Assembly (NCBI GenBank): GCA_051362555.1
Contig: CM120644.1
Location: forward strand, 6,208,954-6,272,953
From: Lingula anatina
Taxonomy: Eukaryota > Animalia > Brachiopoda
DNA: 64,000 nucleotides
Reading direction: 5' to 3'
The notes beneath the pieces are model-generated. The model made no database searches, was not told where the DNA came from, and saw nothing but the letters and a program-made list of their open reading frames with translations. Below are positions 40,101-50,484 of this stretch, in pieces (the first letter of the stretch is position 1; each line of letters begins with the position of its first letter). A program made the translations under genes and the position numbers.

Positions 40101-41234
40101 ATAAAAATCTCTACCCTGAGTTTCAGAGGCTACTGGAAGTTTCCTGCAGCACCCTTTGAAACCATTTTGAAAAAGAAATTGAAACCCTAACCCTGCAGTA
40201 TACTGGTACAATGTAAACTACTTGCCATATTGTCTTGTCTTCATAGTTTTACATATCTCCACTAGGGGGCTGCAATACCCAATACTCAAGACAAACCTGT
40301 CCCTTGATATCAACACAGTAGACCCCTTCACTGCAGCAGTCTTCTTCTTACTGAAGAAAGAATTGTCTGATGTAACTGCTGCTGCTAGATCAGATTGCGG
40401 GATATTCTTCACTCCTTTGTCAGTATTGGGTGCAACACCTGTTTCATTTTGAAATTTATTGTGCTGAGCTTGGTTTTGTGACGCAGAACTCTTGTAGAAA
40501 CTGCTTTGGGAAATGTTCCTGTTCACATTACTACTGCTGGAAGGGAAGCCTGGGGTGGAAGTTGGCTGATGCTGTGCTGGAAGAACAGGGCTAGGGGTGG
40601 TTTTACAGGCTGCTGTTGCTCCAGAGTTCCCAGTGATGCAAGTCCTGAAACTGTTTGAATTAGACACATTCCCACTCAAAGAAGAGTTTCCCGCTTTCAA
40701 AATAACTGAACTATTTGTATTTTTGTTTTGAGAAGTAATACCCCCACTTAGAGTGTTACTTTTATGGCTGCTGGTGTTGGAACCTTGATGAATCTGTTGT
40801 GCACTGGAAGCATTTATCATTCTGGTCAGAGAAGAACTTGAGTTTTTGTTTTTGTAGTTGCCTTGGAATCCACTACCTCCCAACACAGTCCTTGGTTGTG
40901 TTAGAGGAGAATTTAAACTTTGACCTCCAGCCTTAAATTCTGTTTGGTGAGAATTTAAACTCTGACTTTTGGCTTGTCCTAAATTTGACCCTGAACCTTG
41001 GCCTTTCCCTGAATTAAGTAAAGAATTTGAACTCTGACCTCTTCCAACTCCATTCCAATTTGTAGAAGCTTGATTGGATGGCGCAACGTGTGTGGAAGGT
41101 TTCATCGATTGTGCTTGTTGTGCTCCAGATAGAGGACATTTTTGCTGCTGTGCAACCTTTACAGCACGTTTAGCCAAAGCCCGCTTCTTGTTTTCTTCAA
41201 TCCTTTTCTTCTGTTCTTCTGTAAGTCCAGACAT
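12627..41234 (-). CDS. SMARCAL1: SMARCAL1 (HARP) SNF2-family annealing helicase
   Basis: Phase-consistent exons 41234-40226, 39513-39463, 33126-32937, 32602-32452, 31907-31746, 31382-31317, 30822-30682, 28657-28578, 16495-16363, 15358-15288, 14781-14682, 14340-14158, 13630-13530, 13416-13329, 12974-12627. N-terminal RPA-binding motif [20 protein letters not shown]; one HARP-like domain ([15 protein letters not shown]); [49 protein letters not shown]. Confidence 0.97.
17020..17150 (+). pseudogene. Partial duplicate of the internal part of CARD-TM gene 1
   Basis: [32 protein letters not shown] versus gene 1 [32 protein letters not shown] (about 18100-18225). Confidence 0.85.
17652..18731 (+). 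CDS. CARD (death-fold) + multi-pass transmembrane protein, paralog 1 (359 aa), nested antisense in a SMARCAL1 intron
   Basis: Acceptor cttcag at 17643, then atcATGG at 17652. N-terminal CARD pattern ([48 protein letters not shown]...[21 protein letters not shown]), a polar linker, then several hydrophobic segments. The C-terminus appears frameshifted relative to paralog 2. Confidence 0.82.
   Translation: MEPLWKQAIQKNYKLLVDVMNADELLPYLYQNNVINHNQMEKIKAKNSRPDQCECLIGYIRRTDPDFEPYGHFVSALREIKQNHLANSLESTYQSLQQDSSEVTNTVPTQDVTDTLSSAQCRTDLPLQQNTDDTIFTNNNSSLDKEPPFNYVTKVYKGLDSLLRSITKQTYDDMVEPVLSGSNLERLVYLFHFVGYNIAWINILFVMMPEVIFTIFFTTIVLCCILGNSTKNSKIMPVYEAFKDIVSPLQKVWGTLFVSCSFVVRYFMLPALKNTELIFVFVLTMLLIVILLSVEYDVMPSADMTRSPLIIINALDNVCSLIFFIFNTPSFLLSYPLLHIVLCSILVSDIKTFTYSGQM
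20065..20279. mobile_element. PIF/Harbinger-type MITE
   Basis: TIRs gggggcattccc...gggaatgccctc, TAA TSD; related inverted copy at 28335-28541. Confidence 0.8.
21956..22426 (+). CDS. DZIP3-like HEPN domain protein (156 aa; probably C-terminally truncated)
   Basis: atcATGG at 21956 shortly after a candidate acceptor. Motifs [48 protein letters not shown] (HEPN R-X4-6-H). The stop comes a few residues after the motif. Confidence 0.75.
   Translation: MATAKTHTDSDQENFFRMSILIVDYALKVVQNVLQKELRKKYPNLSDTNTGFLNKVLSDKTVWTLLLGLSPKIFNHHQRNQLYPAGNPSTSVTVGDLDLTLTVLLLRNVTSLNPHPRLNAWDNPSDTDPSTEATIGRIKRYRNTVYGHANKAAISN
22800..22910 (+). pseudogene. Partial duplicate of the internal part of CARD-TM gene 2
   Basis: [19 protein letters not shown] versus gene 2 [20 protein letters not shown] (about 23915-23975). 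Confidence 0.8.
23235..24650 (+). CDS. CARD (death-fold) + multi-pass transmembrane protein, paralog 2 (471 aa), nested antisense in a SMARCAL1 intron
   Basis: Acceptor cttcag at 23226, atcATGG at 23235. CARD pattern ([37 protein letters not shown]...[21 protein letters not shown]), a Cys/His insert ([12 protein letters not shown]), then many hydrophobic segments. Long uninterrupted ORF in AT-rich DNA. Confidence 0.86.
   Translation: MACDPWKLAIQKNYQLLVENMNVDELLPYLYQHHVINDHQQEKIRVEKFRQDQCHLLIDYIRRSNPQCHPYRYFVSALRNTEQNHLADSLERTFESLQQGSNEATNTVLTQDVTDEPSSAHFKTEQPLQQNSVAETINIPILQTDEERTDRPCSCQYESMPSRGYHRLTCHNCLSLYSIVLFILSPVRCIWLKLKSIYQVLRPITHNMFIYIKYLFVLILFNCIRPPLHFIVLKAYDHVIEPLVSGSNSERLVYLLHLVGYNLAYIYVLFVMMPPAAFIIWFITLLISTLRTLRSTHVQIPVTSETYIFLSEMFVVRVLTLFFSVVTIPMPKKNYKALDTFTFSTFLMNTLFTCTICLALTYLPIFSLSIMNICSLVSLGVEYGYFFNKSLFLSSYPLLHILLCSILVSGIVGSRHIYVSLRHLHSMFTCDNHNFHSQKLFFISAILMLYILILTWVKLSDPDKLEPLFYH
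25268..25685. mobile_element. Truncated Kolobok-like non-autonomous DNA transposon
   Basis: TTAA|agtcataataacccttcg...; inverted match to about 47425-47850; ends where the Gypsy remnant begins. Confidence 0.75.
25700..27810 (-). mobile_element. Degenerate Ty3/Gypsy LTR retrotransposon pol remnant (RT end, RNase H, integrase)
   Basis: Fragmented ORFs: [13 protein letters not shown]; [34 protein letters not shown] (RNase H); [18 protein letters not shown] (integrase Zn finger); [21 protein letters not shown] (integrase core). Frameshifts and stops; no LTRs recognised. Confidence 0.93.
28335..28541. mobile_element. PIF/Harbinger-type MITE (second copy, inverted)
   Basis: Reverse-complement similarity to 20065-20279; CAA flanks on both sides. 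Confidence 0.7.
29241..29411. mobile_element. hAT-like MITE with 5-bp TSD
   Basis: Perfect TIR caggcccgtagccag/ctggctacgggcctg; ATAGA duplicated on both sides. Confidence 0.85.
31942..32109. mobile_element. hAT-like MITE (caggggcggat family) with 5-bp TSD
   Basis: Starts caggggcggatcc, ends gctgccctg; ATATG TSD; similar to 33154-33321. Confidence 0.8.
33154..33321. mobile_element. hAT-like MITE (caggggcggat family) with 5-bp TSD
   Basis: TIR caggggcggat/atccgcccctg; GATAA TSD. Confidence 0.85.
33591..39257 (-). mobile_element. Head-to-tail trimer of a Helentron/HINE (DINE-1)-like non-autonomous element with ~160-bp internal repeats
   Basis: Units about 33591-35729, 35730-37118 (shorter) and 37131-39257. 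Each ends in the palindrome tatgtacagacacatctgtgtctgtacata (imperfect in the first unit) next to a (GACGGC)n microsatellite and three ~160-bp repeats. The repeat structure is certain; the Helentron class is inferred. Confidence 0.7.
39795..40052. mobile_element. PIF/Harbinger-type foldback MITE
   Basis: TTA|ggctttgtttatatgg...ccatgtgaacggagcc|TTA; nearly palindromic throughout. Confidence 0.8.
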
Positions 41235-41239
41235 CTTCT

Positions 41240-42400
41240 AAACACGTGATAAAAAAGAACAGGAAAAAGGCATTAAGCTTAATAGAAACATAAATCATTG
41301 CCATTCCATAGATAAATTATTGTCTTCATAATATGATAATTATAATAATTATTATTTGGTATTTTATAAATACTTCAAAAGGTAAACACACATATTACTA
41401 ACTTCAAATAATGTAGTTAAAGTCTGTAATAATAATAATGGTGTTAGCAAATAAATAAGAAATACATACCAGTAAATAGGAGTTCTAGAAAATGACAATT
41501 TAGATTACACATTAAATCCGAAAGTGGATTGTTACATATATGAATGATAATTATCTAAATTAGGGTTGCATTAACAGGAAGTTGTGAAAATTTCGCTTAC
41601 ATCAAAAATGGGCTTAGTTATACTGTGTTCTGGCACGGTGTACAATGTACCAGCTCATAACTGAATGTATTAGGGATTGGCGACATCTGATACAATGTGA
41701 AAACCTAGTCTGATTAAACCCAATAACACATAGTGAACGAAAAGAGAAGGGCTACTCGAGGTTGACTTTTTTCTTGCTATTTGGACAAGGAGTGAAGACA
41801 CACTTAGCGTTTTGAAATAATCGAGCGCGCAGACACCGAGTCCAACCCCTTGAAACTGAATCAAGTATGCGCGAGCCTTCATATTGCAGTAGATACATAA
41901 AGTTAATTTGACACGAATGAATACAATCGTGCTCTATGAAATGAATTCATTGTTCAGTAGTCATTGAAATGCAGCCTACCCTTTGACGATGTTGTCCGCT
42001 AATTTCTGTAGCATCGCTGTTGATTTGCTATCAATGCATTAATTTCCTATCTTTAACAACAAAAGAGCTGCAAATAGAGGGAAATAAGATTTATCTGTGA
42101 TCAGCAAAAGTGGGGTTTGAGGAATATATATAGAAAGGGAACATATGAAACTCTGCATTGTTTTCTCAATGTTAAGTAAAATCCCATATTTTTTATCAGG
42201 GAAGAAGATACAAGCAACATTTTCTGTATTTTTGGGAAACGGCAGAGGAGACATTTACAAGGACTGTCAAGGCTACACTGTAGTGTAGTGCCACAGTCAG
42301 ACATAAAATTCAACCTTCCAAGGATAGAAACTAAACAGAACAATTAATTTTTTCTTTGAGTGAAATATTTTGAGACAACGAGTTCGGAAAACGTTGGGAA
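41240..42400. promoter_or_regulatory. Putative bidirectional promoter / 5' UTR region of SMARCAL1 and HOP2
   Basis: Divergent start codons about 1.17 kb apart; local CpG enrichment near 41680-42020; acceptor just upstream of the SMARCAL1 ATG implies a non-coding first exon in this interval. Confidence 0.6.
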
Positions 42401-42401
42401 A

Positions 42402-43746
42402 ATGAGCAAAAATAAAGATGAAAAGGGTAAGGGGAACAGGAAAGAGTGAATTTTCTGCTTTTCTGCATGCAGTTCTGTTAACCATAATCAATGATACTGT
42501 ACAGATAAGAAATAGTGAAATAATAGAGCATTTGGTAATAAAGAGTGATTAGAATTTTGTTTTATGCATGATGAACATGCAAGTGAAAGGTTCTACCGGG
42601 TAAGTCAACTGTTTTTGTTTGCTTGTGCATACTAAGTGCATCTTTGAATCTCAGTCTGTTAACCTTGAATTTACTGGTTTGTCATATTTGTGCTGACAAA
42701 AAGTGCAACATAAATCTATGTAGGAGTGCTAACACATGAAACTTTGTGCTGATTAGGGCCTGTTTAGTAGGGGGGGGGGGGGAGTTGCATCTGTCTCTCA
42801 GTATTACCACACAGTCAATCATTTTCCATGTGTGTACTATGATAATTAGTATGCCAATATTTATAAAGTCATGATATTATTATTATTTATTATCATCAGC
42901 CAAGGGGGCAGTACTAGAGTATCTCACCCAGCAAAACAGACCTTACAGTGCGATAGATGTCTTCAATAATCTACACAAAGAGTATGGGAAAACAGTAAGT
43001 GAATTATTCATCTACACAAAGAGTATAGGAAAACAGTAAGTCAAATAATAACTTACACAAAGAGTACGGGAAAACAGTAAGTGAATTAATAATCTGCACA
43101 AAGAGTATGGGAAAACAGTAAGTGAATTAATAATCTACACAAAGAGTATGGGAAAACAGTAAGTGAAATAATAACCTACACAAAGAGTATGAGAAAACAG
43201 TAAGCAATATGATAACTAGCTTAGGATGAAATTAACCCTGTATCTGAGATATTGTTATTGTTGCAGCACTTACCAAGTAAACTTCAAGACCATAAGATTT
43301 TTTTTCACAGCAGTCGTACATGTAGTCATTAGACATTATTTCACATATTTTATTATTATTATTTCAGGCAGTGGTGAAAGTTTTAGAAACATTGGCACAG
43401 GAAGGGAAGATTAAAGAGAAAACCTATGGAAAACAAAAAGTTTACTTACCTGATCAGGTACAGCATGTTCTCAGTATATGAATTATTGTAACAACGATGT
43501 GCTTGTTATGTCAGCAGCGTATGGATTTCTGCTTTGTGAAAATGTCATTTATAAAACCATGTTTTGTATTTTGATGTGTAAATGGAAGGAGGGTTTTCCT
43601 GGACTTTAGTGGTATCTTCACTTTCATGGGGATTACTCAGTTTTAAAATGTTATTCAAACAAGTATCTTCTGCAGAAGCCCTAAGTCTCCCTGACATGGT
43701 GTTACAAGTAAGATTAATAACGTAATCCTTTTTCCTAATGGCTTAA

Positions 43747-43799
<53 letters not shown>

Positions 43800-44462
43800 T
43801 AGAGTCAATATCCCACATGTGATGAGACAGAACTGAAAGCAATGGACCTGAAGATAGCACAGATGACAGAAGAACTGAAGGTTCTCCAGGAGGAAACCAG
43901 GAAAATGGAGAATGGTGAGATGAGACACAATGTCACAACCAGTTTATCACACCTGACGCAACCCATATCCACACCTTGCCTGGTTTGTCTCACCTGATAC
44001 AATCCATACTCACACCTTGAATTTCACACCAATTTTCATTAATGGGAACACTAATAAAATGTTATTTAGTATGATTTAATTTTATATATAATTTCTTCAA
44101 TAAATTGTATTAATTCATATAACTTGTTGAGAGTTGCTTTTATTTGCAGGTAATTATTCAAATAACATAATTTATCACACCAGACACTCCATTGACAAAC
44201 CTTGAAGAATTATGTTCGAATAGTTTTTGCTGGGTTGCATAAAGCCTGTTAAATATCATATACTTCTGCAGTCACTTCTATAGTTAATGGACTCTAAAAA
44301 CCAAACCCCTTTGTTTTATTTATTGTATTGTCATTGCTGCATGCATTGTTTTCAGAATTGAGAGGACTGAATAGTTCTCTGAGCACAGATGAGGCCAAGA
44401 AACAGTTGACAGTGCTTCGTGGAGAGGTATCTCTATGCCCCCCTCCCCCCCCCCCTCCGTCT

Positions 44463-44510
<48 letters not shown>

Positions 44511-47500
44511 CGCATGCAAGCGTGTGCACACACACTCACGCACACACACTGTAGATACAGTAGGTAGACTTCAGCATTGCATTATTTACAAATTTGACAG
44601 TGATTGCTTTGATAATGGATTAAGTAATATGATATTTCCACTTTTTGGCAGAGTCGTAATCATGAGTTCCTCTCCTGTTTGTGTTTTATATATACGACTT
44701 GCATTATTCGTAAGGTGCGATGTGCGCATGACCGGAATTGTGCACTGCAGGGGTCAAAATAGTACCGGAAGCGTTGTTGACAGCGATAGGAACACATGAT
44801 GGAAGCATAAGACATGCCAGGGCGATATTAAACTGGCCATTTGAGGCGACAACGGTGCCGGAGTTGAAAAGTTGGTTAAAATGTAGGAATGCCCGCACAT
44901 CAGGCAAAAAAGAAGAGCCATTAAAAAGGTAAACCAAATACAAAACCCTAGTGTGGTCATTATGTAATTATGTTCACCTAAGTCATTTATTGGGGAGATA
45001 AATTTGTCACCTGGTTCAAGCAGTTATCTGATACAATCTCTGAGGTGGGCTAGTGCACTGTACAGGTAGGCCTAATTAGTACAAGCTCACTGTCAATATC
45101 AGTGCATCTATCATTTGTTTCTTCTTCATTATCTTTCTGTTGTGTATCCAGGTAGATTTCGGTTACAAAAATAAGACTAGTCATGTCAATTTTCTGTTTT
45201 GTCATCAGTCTAATATGTATGTATGTAAATAAATCACTGTTATAGATGTGTTGATGATGACTTTAATAATTATTTTCATGACTATTAAATGTTTTACTTG
45301 TTTTATAGGTGAAAACTGTACAGTGAGGCTAGAGAGAGAAACAAAATATTGGATCCAGACGGCAGAGAAAATTAGAAGTAGACCTACCAGATTGAAGTTT
45401 GAATCAAGACCGTGGAGAATGGACCAAGTCCTTGAAAGGAATGCCCAAACCGTTTTTTTTTTTTTTTAATATTTGCCTATTAATAAATACAATTCAATAT
45501 TTCGTTTCACATTTTTATTTTGCATAATAAAACCAATGATGTTGCCTTGGAAATATCTTTCCAAGGTACCTTACGATATTTCTGATTCATGTTTTAAAAT
45601 GCAATGTTTTAAACATTTTCTAGATATGTTCAAGTGCATTGTGATAATAAAAATGAGATATTTGGTAAAAGTGTTCTCTTTTTTGTTATTTGCATAAGTA
45701 ATATACCATTCAATACTCCTTCACAGTCAGGTTTAAACCTGGTTTTAGTTTTACTCAGGTCTAAGTAATGTCGATAACAATACTCTAAAACCAAAGTAAA
45801 ACTAAAACCAGCTTTAACCTTGCTGTGAAATCAAACCAAAGTTTCACATGACAGTTTTCATGCCATTTTTTTATACTGAGGTAATGTCAGGGTATAAAAA
45901 GTCATGAAAATTTTTAATTTCTCGTAGGTTTCAAGACCGATGTAAAATTAAACTATTTCAGGTTTGTTGTGCATAGACTTTATGCTGAAAGTGTGTTTGT
46001 CAACTTCCTCATGTGCTTTGGACAGTTGTTCCAGCATTTTATGTACTTTTTCTCTGTCACACTATTTCTTTATGCATCTTTTTTTTTTTTTTTGCTCGTT
46101 GTAATTCCACTCTTGTTTCCGAAAGTTCAATTTCTAAAGATCAGATTTTCTGTTCCATACTGAAAATAATATGTTGTTTTTCCTTAACTGTCGTTAAAAG
46201 CGCATCTGAGCCTGCATCTGATAGAATGCTGTAGGCATCGTGGTCTGTATTTGAGAAGCCATTTTCGTCCTCGCTGTTCAACTTCTCACTTGCCGCCAGG
46301 TTCACTAAAATTTGTCTCAGAGTTTTCAACAGTTAAATGTCTAATAATTTTTTTCGGGGCTTTCAAATCTTCGATTTCTTGAGTGAAAATATAGTTGGTC
46401 TCCCACCCAAATACGATTTATTCCCTCCTTCAAAATGAGCACTACACACACGGTGATGCTTGGCGGGCTCGAACTTACTAAATTTGCCTTCATTTCCCGC
46501 TCGTCCAATATTGTCAATCCATATACCTCTCTTTTTTGGGTCCTTGGGGAAAGCATTAAATGAAAAATTTCGATCTCGCTCCGTATTGTTGAAACAAACA
46601 GGCACAAAACACATAGAACCGCCGAGAGGCATTTTATTTCTGTGTACAGAAATGGCGGCAACGCAAGATGGGTCCCACTTTACCCACAATGCATTGCGCT
46701 CAATATCGAAAACGAGACGAATAATGCAAGTCCTATATACAACCTGTTATGTGCATTGTCTTACAGTGTGTGATAATTTTTTCACTTTACCTCTGTAAGG
46801 TGGAAATCTATAAGAAGAAGCTAGAACAGCTTAAAGAAGGTGGGAAGGCTATCAGCCCAGAAGAAAGAGAAGTTGTGAGTTTTTTATTTATTGATTGGTG
46901 ACATTTCACAGACAAAGAAAGCTTTATATTGTGATCATATTTAATCAAGGAAAAAAATTATAAAAATGCTTGAGATATTTGCACTGAATTTTCAATCTGG
47001 TGCTAAAGAAAATCAAATCAAATTACTAATAAATATTTCTTATTTGCATTATCAGTAACACAAAGACAACTGTACAGCCATTTATACCCTTGGTTAAATA
47101 AGGAAATATGGTGAAATTATTATAATTAATTCAATTGAAAATACACTTAAGAGATTGATATAAAGGTGAAAACAGACGAGACTTGATCAACAGTAATCAT
47201 GAAACTGATTCCATTTAAAGCAATAATAACTCTTCCTTTGAGATTCAAAAATCCGCATGAAATACATTGTAAAAAATGCATGGAAATATATTCTATTGTA
47301 TTTTACCACTAAAACGGCCGTTATTGTAGGAAAACTAAAATCTGTGCTTGTCAATAGGGCTTACGATGCCTTTTTTCTGGTCGACAAGTGCATTCGTTGC
47401 TAATGACATAATGGTGTCACGCGGATTCTCGCGTTCATTCGACACCAAAATAACATGGCGCCAAACGCATTAGTGCAGACGCAGACGTAAGTTGCGAGTT

Positions 47501-48995
47501 TTTGTACAGTGCGTCGGATAACGAAAAGCCCAGAATGGCACACATTGTGGATATAAATGCATTTTTAACAAAAAGACGAATATATCTCATGAATCTTATA
47601 TAGTGTTGTTGTTGTTGTCTGCTTTTCCCGCGGTTTTAAGTAGGTCACCAGTGACTTTGCAATGTCAGAGAGAGCTCCGTCAGTTAAAATCTCTTAAGAG
47701 ATTTTAACAAAAAAACGTACGTTTAGGAAAAAAACCCTGGATTAACTTTGAATGCAGGAATGGGGTCGTTGGCCATTGGTAAGTACGGGAAAATTGCCGT
47801 TTTTTCCAGGAAAATCCAATTTTTGGCCAAAACGAAGAGTTATTATGACTTTAAGTGATCTTGGGCTTGAGTTTCTTTGCCTTGTAAATTGACATTTCTG
47901 GCTGTTGGCCTTTTCTTTATAAATTTTAATAAATTTGATATATTTTATTCAAATTCATAATTGTATTAGGCTTTGGGCCTAGGTCTCATAATCTTAAATA
48001 CAGAATTATATTTTATTTGGATTTTTCCAGATTATTAAAAATAGAGTTAAACTTGTGAAAGAGTGGAGAAAGAGGAAGAGAACAGTAAGTATGGGCATCC
48101 TAGTGCTAAAATTAAAATGTAGAAATGTAAAGTTTTCAAGTGAGAAAAGTTTACTTTGCATTAAGTGTTTGGGAAGAAAAAAAAAAGAAAGCAGAATCCA
48201 CAGTTTTTTGTGCCCAATTTTGTGGTGCATTTTGGTTGATATGTATTTCAGTGTGAGTATGGGATAGATATGTGTGGGTTTGGGATGGATATGTGTAGGA
48301 ATGTTGGTGGATGTGTAAGACTGGATACAAGACAATGGTTAGGCAGGTGGATTTGGGTCTGGGTTTTGCTAGATATGGGTCTGAATTTGGCTGGATATGG
48401 GTCTGGGTTTGGCTGGATACGGGTGTGGGTTTGGGTATCAGTGGGTATGGTTGCATAGGTCTAATGTTGTTGATGAATATATTAGGGTTGTGGCTGGATA
48501 TGTTTGCATGTAAGGGTATGATTTCAATTGTGCCTTTTTTATTTTGAGGAACAGCAATGTACTTTGGGGGTTTTGAAATTCTTTAAAACCTTCTCATCAT
48601 GTATTTCAGAGCACTGACATTCTGAATGCCATATTAGAGGGCTACCCAAAAACAAAGAAGCAGCTATATGTAAGTCCTCTGATTATGACTAATGTTTCCT
48701 TGATGTAATGAAAAAAGCACTTATATCTCTTTTTTATAGTTCCCAAGATTGTAGAGATCATCTTCCAGATCCCCCCCCCCCCAAAGAAAAAAAAAAAAAG
48801 AAAAAGAAAAGAAAAGAAAGAGCGCACTTTTATATGTAACAGCATTAAGTTGTTAAAACATAAAATTTGTGGATAAGAAGGTTACTGTTCTGCCTAAATT
48901 TTATTGGTTATCTTGTTTATATTGTTTTAACAATTCAGGAAGATGTTGGGATAGAGACAGATGAAGAGTACAAAGTTACGCCACCTGAAATTTGA
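42402..48995 (+). CDS. PSMC3IP: HOP2 / TBPIP homologous-pairing protein 2
   Basis: Exons 42402-42426, 42900-42994, 43368-43457, 43803-43914, 44356-44426, 46800-46874, 48031-48084, 48610-48669, 48939-48995. Motifs YLTQQNRPYSAIDVFNNL, GKIKEKTYGKQKVY, KEWRKRKR, ILEGYPKTKKQLYEDVGIETDEE. Confidence 0.95.
42965..43205 (+). repeat. Six copies of a 41-bp unit spanning the HOP2 exon 2 splice donor
   Basis: ...acacaaagagtatgggaaaaca|GTAAG with GT at 42995, 43036, 43077, 43118, 43159, 43200. Confidence 0.95.
44738..45400 (+). pseudogene. SAP-domain gene remnant (5' end of a transposon accessory gene)
   Basis: TVPELKSWLKCRNARTSGKKEEPLKR|gt, then after an intron a frameshifted ..KILDPDG; stops follow. 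Confidence 0.65.
45720..45829. repeat. ~110-bp inverted repeat/hairpin (small MITE-like insertion)
   Basis: ttcacag..ggttttagttttact / agtaaaactaaaacc..ctgtgaa. Confidence 0.6.
46363..46632 (-). pseudogene. THAP zinc-finger domain remnant (5' end of a transposase gene)
   Basis: MPLGGSMCFVPVCFN..FPKDPKKRGIWI..RVCSAHF..RPTIF is a C2CH THAP signature; a premature stop follows. Confidence 0.85.
47219..47850. mobile_element. Kolobok-like non-autonomous DNA transposon (632 bp)
   Basis: TTAA|agcaataataactcttc...gaagagttattatgact|TTAA; AG..CT termini. Confidence 0.8.
48255..48500 (+). repeat. Degenerate G/T-rich simple repeat (ggatatgggtctgggtttgg-like)
   Basis: Strand-asymmetric GG/GGG runs in a HOP2 intron. 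Confidence 0.7.
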
Positions 48996-50484
48996 AGCAT
49001 TTGTCAAGCCTCCCACTGGAAACTTGACAGACCTAAAGACAGTCATTGAAGTCATGTTTCCATTGGAATTAGACTGTACTAATTCAGACCCACCTTGCAT
49101 CTGAGTGTCTTCTATTTGGTAAGCTCACCATAGAAAGCTAATCTAGTCTCAGTGTACTTTCCTCAGTTACAAAGACAGGATATAAAATGTCCTTATGGCG
49201 ACTTCATCATACCTTTTAAAAAACTCATGCACAGAGGCAGTGAGACAACACTGGGGTTTGACTATTTATGTGGTTATCTAATCATTTTTTTAGTGTGGGT
49301 CATTTAAAGACCAGATTGACTGTGGAAGATTGGATAAAAGCATACAACTCTCACGTTTCTGTAAATTTCTATATATTGTTTTTCAATATATGTTTCTACA
49401 GATATAGCTCGTAATGATTTTTCAGTTTATTGTGAAAAGAAAAAAAATCATTTCCCAGCTTCAGAATTTTTACTGAGCATTGTCAGTTAGATGAATATTA
49501 TTTAAAGTAGAGTCAAGTCGAGTTTGACGAATGGTATTTTTAGTAAAAGAAAAAATACCCCAAGTTCCATAATATAATGAGTCAAAATTGAAACTGGTGC
49601 ATTACAAGTTGTGCATGCACAGGGAAATGTCATAAACTATCTGCACATCCCTTTATTGTTCTAAAGTTGACTGTTATATTGTTCATCTACAGAATAAATT
49701 GGAAAAATGCTTTTTGTGCAAGTTCCTTTGTTCATTCAAGTACTGTAAGGTACGTGCTGTGGAAATTGAACACCAACCATTTCCCATCCCTGTGCCCTAT
49801 ATGCAATTGTGAAGAAATAGCCTTTGTCTATTTTCATGTTCTGCTTGATGTCTGTACATTTGACAACTTTCCTGTCTAGTTTATCCTTTTGCCCAACATT
49901 CTCCCTAACATCACAGTGCTGGTCCTTGATGAAATGACTGTATGTATGAAAGCCATAAACGGGAGTGAAAAAAAATGCAAGAATTTTCCTGGAAATTATT
50001 TTATTTGTACACTGTTTACCAGCTTCTGGCTGTCTGCGAGAAAACATTTTTCTTTTTATGAATACATTATAAAACATTTTTATTGTTATGTACACGTTTA
50101 TTAAGTTTACTATAGAATAGCTCTTCGCAACTTCATGTAGTCCAGCGCACACGGAGAAGTATCAACTGAGCTATTGATTTCGTGCTGGTGTCGATTTGAG
50201 AAGAGCCGACAGGTTTCTAGACCTAACCTCACGTGGACAAACGACATCTAACATCCCCGTGAAATATTGTCACAGTATATATATGAAAAACTAAGAACAG
50301 TTCTTAATTTCTAAATACCCGCGTGCTTGTGACATAATAAAAGCAAAAAAATTGACTTGGTGTATCAAGCATTATTTGATACTATCCAAACAATGTTTAT
50401 GATATCTGCAGCACCTGTCTATGTATTTACACTGAGTCAAAGTCTGCGTGCCGATAATTTGTAAGTCAGTTTAGCACGGCAGAT

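Larger units (their letters stand above)
44694..46734. mobile_element. Internally deleted ISL2EU-like (PIF/Harbinger-related) DNA transposon in a HOP2 intron
   Basis: TIR a(c/g)gacttgcattattcgt at both ends, AT TSD; convergent remnants of a SAP-domain ORF (+) and a THAP-domain ORF (-). Confidence 0.78.

Noticed and set aside
40218-41234. 338-aa low-complexity ORF as an independent gene
   Set aside because: It is the first coding exon of SMARCAL1 (RPA-binding motif, linker, start of HARP), joined through a GC donor.
42965-43205. 41-bp direct repeats as a CRISPR-like array
   Set aside because: Units are contiguous with no unique spacers, derive from the HOP2 exon/intron boundary, and the context is eukaryotic with no cas genes.
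46363-46689. THAP ORF as a domesticated host THAP gene
   Set aside because: It lies inside a TIR/TSD-bounded element and is followed by stops.
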